A DNA stretch of 64,000 nt from Octopus vulgaris (taxonomy: Eukaryota). The DNA is taken from NCBI GenBank assembly GCA_951406725.2, contig OX597816.1:76446001-76510000 (forward strand). Reading direction: 5' to 3'. Of this stretch, positions 56,051 through 64,000 are shown one piece after another. Position 1 is the first letter of the stretch. Each line of letters opens with the position of its first letter. The notes under the pieces were generated by a model. It saw nothing but the letters and a program-made list of their open reading frames with translations, did not search any database and was not told where the DNA came from. The position numbers were made by a program, and so were the translations under genes.

Positions 56051-57689
56051 ATCGTCTTAATTACTGGGCCTCACTTAACGAAAATATGCCGTTCATATAA
56101 CGGGGGCAACATGCTACTGGTTATCGCTTTTCATCGAAGCTAGGAAATACTTTATGCTCCAACAATTTTGAATTTCTTTAAAAAGGTTTTTCAAGGCTCA
56201 CTGTGATGCATTATTCACACATCTGCAATGATACTGCCGCTTTTGTACACAGAGACATATTAGACTGCATGCAGAAAATTGCAAAACGTCCACTTGTTAC
56301 AAAATCACTTACAGTCATGATCCAGACTAAGGCACTGGTGCGCTGAGTCCTTTCCACACTTTTCTGGTGTTAGTGTACTTAACTTGTGCCCTTGGAATTG
56401 ACTGGTTTCATGCCACATCCGCTTTGACTTCGACGCCCACTCATCTCCCAACTACAATCTCCTGCGCCAAAGTTAACCCTACACTTAGTTCTTCCGGTTA
56501 TTATATCCGACGTCTGGAATTTTAAACTTTCTTTCCCTCTTCTTATATCATTCCTGAAGGTTCAGCCTTTCAATGATCCTATCATTTGTAAGCGTGTGTG
56601 GCATGGCAATTGTTTTAGATGTCTACGTAGTGAGAAGAAAACTCAGATACTCTCCTGGAAGCGAAACATTGCTCATGTGAAAGCGGAGGAAGAAAGATCT
56701 GTACCAGCACTAGGATGGTATTACTTTATAGCTGTGTGAACTGGAACATAGTAAAATTTAATGCTTTGATCAAGGACTCACGGAAATAATCGGTTCAGAA
56801 ATTGAAATCTTGAACTTATAATCATGAACACACCATAACCACTTGACCATGCGCCTTCAAAATGACTAATTCTTGTCAATCAGAGCAAAGGCAATAACAT
56901 TGAATTTTAATTAATTATAATTAAAACAATATTGAATGTAGTAGGCCGTGTGTCAATCATTAGCAGTACATTTACACTTTTAGACATGCTTCAATATGTT
57001 GGATCTTTTGCAACATATCTTAGATGAGAGAAGAAGTATATAGGAGTTCTTATAATGAACATTTACGTTTACTCTAAGTAATTCTTCTAACGCATGACAA
57101 TAGGGACCCTTTATCGTGTTGTTCCCTTCCCAAGATTAGCACCAAAATCTTGTATTCCATAAAGAACACATTAAGCAGTGAAATGTTACAAAGCTCAAGA
57201 ACGTATGAAAGACGGAGTTGAATGCATTTCGTCATATGACTGCTTAAAAATATTTGTCATAGGGTTAACCATTACACCACCAACATCAACGAAAACCATA
57301 ACTACTACTACTTCTAATTCTAGCTATCGTGGCGAATCATTATGTGATCATTTGTCTTGATAGGAATAGTGGTCAAAATTTCCTCAAACCACCGTCTTAA
57401 AAAATGGATGGACACAACGAATGATAAAGTTCTTTGTATATCAAATGAAAAATCATTATCATGGATGGAATAGTTCATCCTATTCTGCTCAATTAGAATT
57501 GACTTATAGTGAAACATCAGCATCAGCAACTAATTCACTGTATTCTTAATGAAGTAAATAACTGAACCATTTATTTTCCTTCTTTCTATAACGCGTGCAC
57601 CAGACTGTATTTAAAGTGTCTGCTTTGCTCAATAAAATCCTCTCGAAGAGAAATGGTTGCTGCCTTAATTCCACCTTTCTTACTTTTTT

Positions 57690-58190
57690 CTGTGACATTG
57701 CCGTAGCGGGAGACTGTTCTCTCTGAAAAGCACGGCCGTAGCAACAGAATTGTTTCTCTTGTGGTATGAGCAGTCCCCCATTTTGCTGGAACCATGTGTG
57801 AGGTATACTTTGAATGGCATTCACATTTCCCAGACTTGACTAGCCCGGATTGTTTCTTGCAGAAATACCCGAAAGTGAGGGTTTACATCAACAAACCGGA
57901 GACCTGGTGGAACTGAAGAGGAACATCAATATAGAAATCCGAGAAGTGGGATCTCAAACGCTTGATGATGGTGTAAGTTCTGGAAAGAGCACGGGCTTGC
58001 GAAGCCGAAAATGGCTGCTATTTAAGGGATGTCATATTTCATATGCGATGTACTGATGTTGCAAAATTTGACTTTGGCACATTACTTTCCATTAAGTACT
58101 TTATATTGTATCAAAATTTCAATTATTTATATGTAAAGTTAAGGTTGTTATTAAATATTGAATCCCACCCGTTACTTTTGGGACACCCTG
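57690..58190 (+). mobile_element. Tc1/IS630-like transposon 3' half with right TIR; upstream segment inverted
   Basis: Plus: PDLTSPDCFL..YPKVRVYINKP, LVELKRNI, ENGCYLRDVIFH, then TIR ttttgggacaccctg. Minus 57690-57824: WFQQNG.TAHTTRETILLLR..FSERTVSRYGNV. Confidence 0.8.
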
Positions 58191-60626
58191 TTTAAGGCAA
58201 AGACTATTTCAGTGTATTCTATAACACATTTTCTACTTATCTATAACCAATCACAGAATTTCCATAATTTGCTAATAGAAACCATAGGTACATCATATGG
58301 TGAACAATTTATCATTTTTCTCTTGTTACTCTAACCCCACTAAGGGTCAGAACACCAAAGTATATTAAGTTTCCAAGTCTGTTTATTTACTAAAATAGTG
58401 AATCGTAAAATCAATATATCAACAATTCGCGATGTTCTACGATTGTATGTATTTGTGTTCAATAAAAATGTAACATTTTTCAATATTTTTCAACATAGCT
58501 AATGAGCCAAAGTCAAACCCCACTACATAGTGACTTGACGTTGTAGCAGTAGCAACCAAATCTCTTTCGTCGGGTTATGTAATCCTAAATATATTATTTC
58601 AGAAAATAATTACAATTAGGGATTAGCCAAGAAAACTTTTGATCATAGGTGTGTTTATCAATTCTAAATTGTGATGAAACAACTAGAGCAAAAACAAAAT
58701 GCAAGTAATAACAACGAAAACCATATCGATTATATCAGCAACAACAGTAATAACTATTGCAACAGCACTAAAAATATGGAATAAATAGTTGTGATAACCC
58801 CAGAAATAGCAATTACAACACCAGCTCTACTTAGTGTTTAGAAATAACAGCTGAGCAGCTTTCAAATCAAACCACTCCGTATTGAAAGAACGCACTGAAT
58901 AATTAGCGTTTGGTCACATTTGTTCAGCGAAAGCTGACTTGGAACTGAACAACGAATACCATCACCGTCTTCATTAGAATTACGCATTGATTAGTTAATG
59001 TGGTTGTGGCTGTAGAGTGTTTGAGAAAAAACAAGGGATAGAGATGGATGGAGTGACTTTAGTCATAGGATTGCACGATTAAAATTGATGTTTGTATTGT
59101 AATGGAGGGAAATGACAATTCAGATCACAAAGAAACAGCAGAAGTAATTGTATTCCTCTAAGCTACTCTAGTTTAAAGCCATTAATTGTTTTTCAGATAG
59201 CTTAATTAATATTCTGTACTTTTTACTTCGTACGTGTCATTCTCAGAAATGATATATCATTATATTGTTGAAACTAGTACTGTTCGTCTAAAACTATAGT
59301 TTCTCTCCTGTAGGCTTATGATTTCGTAGAAGTTTGGAAAACAAATATATTATTTTTTATTTCATTTTATGTTCAATTGGTTCAAATTTATTTCATTTTT
59401 GCTATTCTTTTTAACGTCACCTCCAGCTTTACATTATTTCCAACTTTATATGCTATCTTTGAGATACACAATATAGTAATAGAAACAGATTTGAGGAAAG
59501 TTGTGATAAATATTCCAAGAGCAAAATATATTATTCTCCATATATAATAAAGTGTATTACTTTCAGTGAGATGCAATACTATTAAGTTTTAAACCTCAGT
59601 GATATATATGGTGTATAATTCTTCAATTTTATCCCTCCAGTATTCAATTATCTTGTATTCAACAGCGTAATTAACTTTATGCTTTAAGCTATTATAAGCT
59701 TATTATCTTGAAGACTAGTGAATACTTTGATTAATGATTAACGTTTCTAGATATTTGCAAACCAATGAGAATGTTTCCAACAAAAGTTGATAATTCGTTA
59801 CTATTTTAAATAATTAGGATTCAGAAGTCATTTAAAAATATTTCAACTCAACAATTGATATTAATCCTCTTTATAAGAGGATTATAATTACTTTCTTTTC
59901 ATATTCAGCAACAGAATCTAAGTTATGTAAGTAATAATGTTAGTCATCTTGTAAGGGAAACTTGAAATTAGTAAGATAGTCTTTGCATTAAGATATATTT
60001 TGTTACTTCAGTAGAAAACTATATAATATTCTCGTGAATGATTTGCAACGAGATGCTTCTGAACATGACATTCTTTTTCTCTAATACAGTATCTTACACT
60101 CCTTGATGAATTAATTTATTGTCATTGGCCGTTCCTAACCATCTCTAGTTTCCTCAGATACCTTTTTTTTTTATTTACGATTATTTCTTAATATTTGTGT
60201 TGAAAAATTTAATCTTTTCAAAAATAAATCTCTGATCACTTTGTGTGTTATAGAAGCTAATTCAACGATCAGACATTTTTTACATTTCTAGTCCAAATAT
60301 GACAGCTATGTCTAGACAGCTGTCAGTGAATACGTCTAATTGATAAAAAGAAATTAAAGATAAAATATTAATTTTATAAAAAAATTTAAATTCAATAATA
60401 TGTAAACTCTGGCAGAAAATATCAAAAATAATTACATTATCAATTAACTAAGTTCTAAAACTACAAGTCTTCAACCAAATACTAAAGAAATGCAATTGGT
60501 CATATAAAACCGACTTTTTAATGATGTATTCCTCCAGGTATTACAATTTATTACGAGATCCTCACAATACATAACCTCAGCTATTCATCAACAACTTTTA
60601 TTTAAAAAAATCTCATCACAAACGCA

Positions 60627-60627
<1 letters not shown>

Positions 60628-60720
<93 letters not shown>

Positions 60721-60800
60721 CCTAATCTATCTACCTAACTATATACCTATCTATCCATCTATCTATCTATCTATCTATCTATATATATATATATATATAT
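60628..60800. repeat. (TATC)n/(TA)n microsatellite
   Basis: Direct reading. Confidence 0.9.
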
Positions 60801-60847
60801 TGGGTATGCATGTATGTATATATGTATGTATGTATGTATATATGTAT

Positions 60848-61013
60848 AGGCGCAAGAGTGGCTGTGTGGTAAGTAGCTTGTTTACCAACCACATGGTTCC
60901 GGGATCAGTCCCACTGCATGGCATCTTGGGCAAGTGTCTTCTACTATAGCCTCGGGCCGACCAAAGCCTTGTGAGTGGATTTGGTAGACGGAAACTGAAA
61001 GAAGCCCGTCGTA

Positions 61014-61045
<32 letters not shown>

Positions 61046-61290
61046 GATATATATATATGTGTATGCGTGTATGTTTGTGTGTCTGTGTTTGTCCCCCTAG
61101 CATTGCTTGACAACCGATGCTGGTGTGTTTATGTCCCCGTCACTTAGCGGTTCGGCAAAAAAGACCGATAGAATAAGTACTGGGCTTATAAAGAATAAGT
61201 CCCGGGGTCGAGTTTCTCGATTAAAGGCGGTGCTCCAGCATGGCCGCAGTCAAATGACTGAAACGAGCAAAAGAGTAAAGAGAAAAGAGA
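60848..61290 (+). mobile_element. Full-length tRNA-derived SINE family A
   Basis: A box tggctgtgtgg, B-box-like ggatcagtcc, CORE-like atcttgggcaagtgtct, internal (TA)n, tail cagcatggccgcagtcaaatgactgaaac. Confidence 0.9.
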
Positions 61291-61307
61291 GTATGTATGT
61301 AAGTATG

Positions 61308-61341
<34 letters not shown>

Positions 61342-62254
61342 TGTATGTATGTATGTATGTATGTATGTATGTATGTATGTATGTATGTATGCATGTATCT
61401 CATTAAATTTCCATTGTCTACCTATCTCCTTCAATCATATGCTCTCATTTCTTACTTTTTTCTCTTATTATTCGACGTCTGACATGCTGGGGCACTACCA
61501 TCGAGGTTTTAGATGTTCCCATCAACTCCAATACTAATTTTAGTCTGGTTGGTACTAATTTGATTTTGTGGAAGAGCCATTTCAGCGATTTAAAAACACA
61601 AAAAGTAATCTATATACATTTTTCATTAATTTCTAATCAGTACAGTCTTCTGTGAACTCGATATTAATTCAGTTCCACTCTATCTATTGAAAGTCGCAGG
61701 ATTTATATAAGCCTCGGTGCTTTTCTTACCTTTCTTACTTTCCATAGATGAAATGTAATTGTGTCAGATATGCAATGAACATATTATACCTTATTGTGAA
61801 GTAAACCGCTTTCCTGTATCCTCACACGGGTCAGATAAATTCTCCTTTAAGAAATTATATCGGTTGCCACATATTAAGTCAATTGTCAAACAAGTTCAAT
61901 TGCCAATCCTGTTTTATCAGTCAATCTTCATGGAATAACTAAATCTTCTGATTTGAGGGTGTAAACTGATGTATCATGACACACGGGATTATGAAAATAC
62001 AGATATACATGTGTGTATGTGTAAATGTGTGTATGTGTGAGTGTGTGCGTGTGTGCGTGGATGTGTGTGTGTGTACGTGTGTGTGTGTTGTATGTAGCGA
62101 GGAAGTCCGCCACGTAACCATTGTGTGTCTTATTCAGCAAATGTTTCCTGCAATAGCCAAAGGTTAACCAAAAACGTGAGTGTCATTTATTAGCGGAAAA
62201 TCTCTTGATTACATTTACTTGCGCGCGCATATGCATTCATATGTACTTAGATAC

Positions 62255-64000
62255 TTCCGTTTCGGCTAGAATTGGCCCAAGCCATGCCCAACGTATTAGC
62301 ATTCCAGAAAATACATTTAATGATATTTCATATTACAGTTATTCTTAGGGCACCATAGCCCATTCGAGAAAAGAGTTATTGTTTGCAAATATATTTCCGA
62401 GTATAGGTGGTTTCTCTGGAATTTGCCGGCAATATTCGTCCAGGAACCGTCTGAATGCTCTAAGATCTTTTTTCGTCTCTTGTGTGTCTAGTTATGATGT
62501 TAAAGAGAGCAGAGCCACTTAAGGTGAAATAGTTCTGTTTCACTGTTACGATATGATGCGAGCATGATTTTAGTAGAGGACGAATGTCACAGGGAAAAAG
62601 ACTTGGGTGGATTTTAAAGTTTATGCCAACATCATTTGAGTAGTGCTATCGGAATATTTTTCACATCATGTAAATGATATGGTGCTCAAGCTAGCGTTGG
62701 AAGGAATAAAGTTTGAGTTTTTCGAGATGATCCCTATAACCAAGACCTGTCATTTAGTCTATTTTTATTGTGATCGATCTCTGAGGAGCTTCAAATATCT
62801 CATATTGTGTTTCGTGTAGAGAGATCAGCGGTGTTCAAGGTGAAGGCGGACGAAGGTGGATTAGGGAAGTCTCTTGATCGGGGAGTCCTGATGATTTAGA
62901 AGCATGTTTTGCAGGTGTTGTCATCTTTAATGTTCAAGTAGACACCTCAATTTAAATTCTTGTCGATAGTTACTCCGAGGTTCCTAGCGGTGTTCGATAC
63001 CACGACACTTTCTCCCGAGAGAAGAGTATATATTGGCTTAACTGCAGTCTCTTCATTGATTACAGGGAGCAGATCAGATTGGAGATTCGTCCGCTCTCCT
63101 GCCCTGTCAACAACTTTCAGAAGCTTAGAAAATGTTAATGCTGCTGCATTGATGACGTCAATGATGTCAATAATGTAAAAATGAAAAGGGCTGGGCACAA
63201 AACTGTGTCTTGTGGTGCTCCATTGATGATTCTTGCCGAGCTTGATCGTACATGACTATTCACCACATGCTGAGTTCTGATCACCAAAAAACATTCAGTC
63301 CATATTCATAATTTTCCCTCATATTCCAGTGTTGAGTAGTTTCTTTAATAGGATCCTATGGTCAACATTGTCAAAGGTTGCTGAAGTAAAGATAGATGAC
63401 GTCTGCATTGGGCCCCTCTCCCAGAGACTTTAGGATGTCGTCAAAACGAAGCAGGTGCTGTATTAATTAGTCCCTGTTTGGGGAGACCGTACTGATTGGG
63501 AATAAGTAGATTGGGAAGTGAGTCACTGAAGATCTTACCACTCTGTCAAATAATTTGATGATACGAGAAGCAAGTGAGATCGGTCGGTAATTCACTGAAT
63601 GCAATTTTTTTGGGGGGAAAACTGGCACAATGGACTAAGGAAATTAGCCAGCGTCGTGATTTTTTCCAGACAATAGTTGATATCGTCACTCCTTCAGGAT
63701 TTTAACGGGGAACCTGCCAGGGCCTGCAGCTGTGTTGTCTGTAATTTTTGTTAATAGCTGCTAAGATATACGGGGTACCGAATGATATATCGGATAGGGT
63801 GTGCTGGGGTTTTGTTTCACCGATGCTGTCAGGGTTAACCACGTCGGATTTGTTGAAAGTGGAGCGGTATCGTTTCTGCAGAATCGCAAACATGTCTTCT
63901 GCACCACTATACAGAGTGTCGTCTTCATCTGTCAGAGGTCCAACAGACCCGTTGGGATTGTGTTTATATCAATGGCCCACTATTCTTCTATTTCTCTGTG
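62255..64000 (-). mobile_element. CR1-like LINE, decayed ORF2 (runs off the window edge)
   Basis: NYRPISLASRIIKLFDRVV, NVDHRILLKKL and ARNLGVTIDKNLN motifs; same family as 9355-11590. Confidence 0.8.

Overview
AT-rich, repeat-dominated eukaryotic DNA. The SINE families, LINE mix and very long (TA)n, (TATC)n and (TACA)n arrays point to a coleoid cephalopod, probably Octopus (inference). I cannot support any intact host protein-coding gene: nearly every ORF in the track is translated microsatellite or decayed transposon sequence. Recognisable content: an R4/Dong LINE ending in a (TAA)n array, two CR1-like LINEs, two L1/Tx1 ORF1 relics, an RTE 3' end, several Penelope-like (PLE) fragments (N-terminus, RT, GIY-YIG), mariner and Tc1-like transposase relics, Helitron-like ends, many tRNA-derived SINEs, two copies of a ~417-bp MITE with 8-bp TSDs and internal TTAGGG, a TA-flanked MITE with 135-bp TIRs, and several foldbacks. 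The most interesting unannotated signal is a set of about 8 minimal type-I hammerhead ribozyme motifs from several PLE-associated short-element families, mostly lodged beside (TA)n arrays. Two have intact core nucleotides (953-1036, 2338-2387); the latter has an inverted twin lacking exactly the catalytic core. I found no firm evidence of a wholly new system; the hammerhead/retrozyme-like elements are the best lead.
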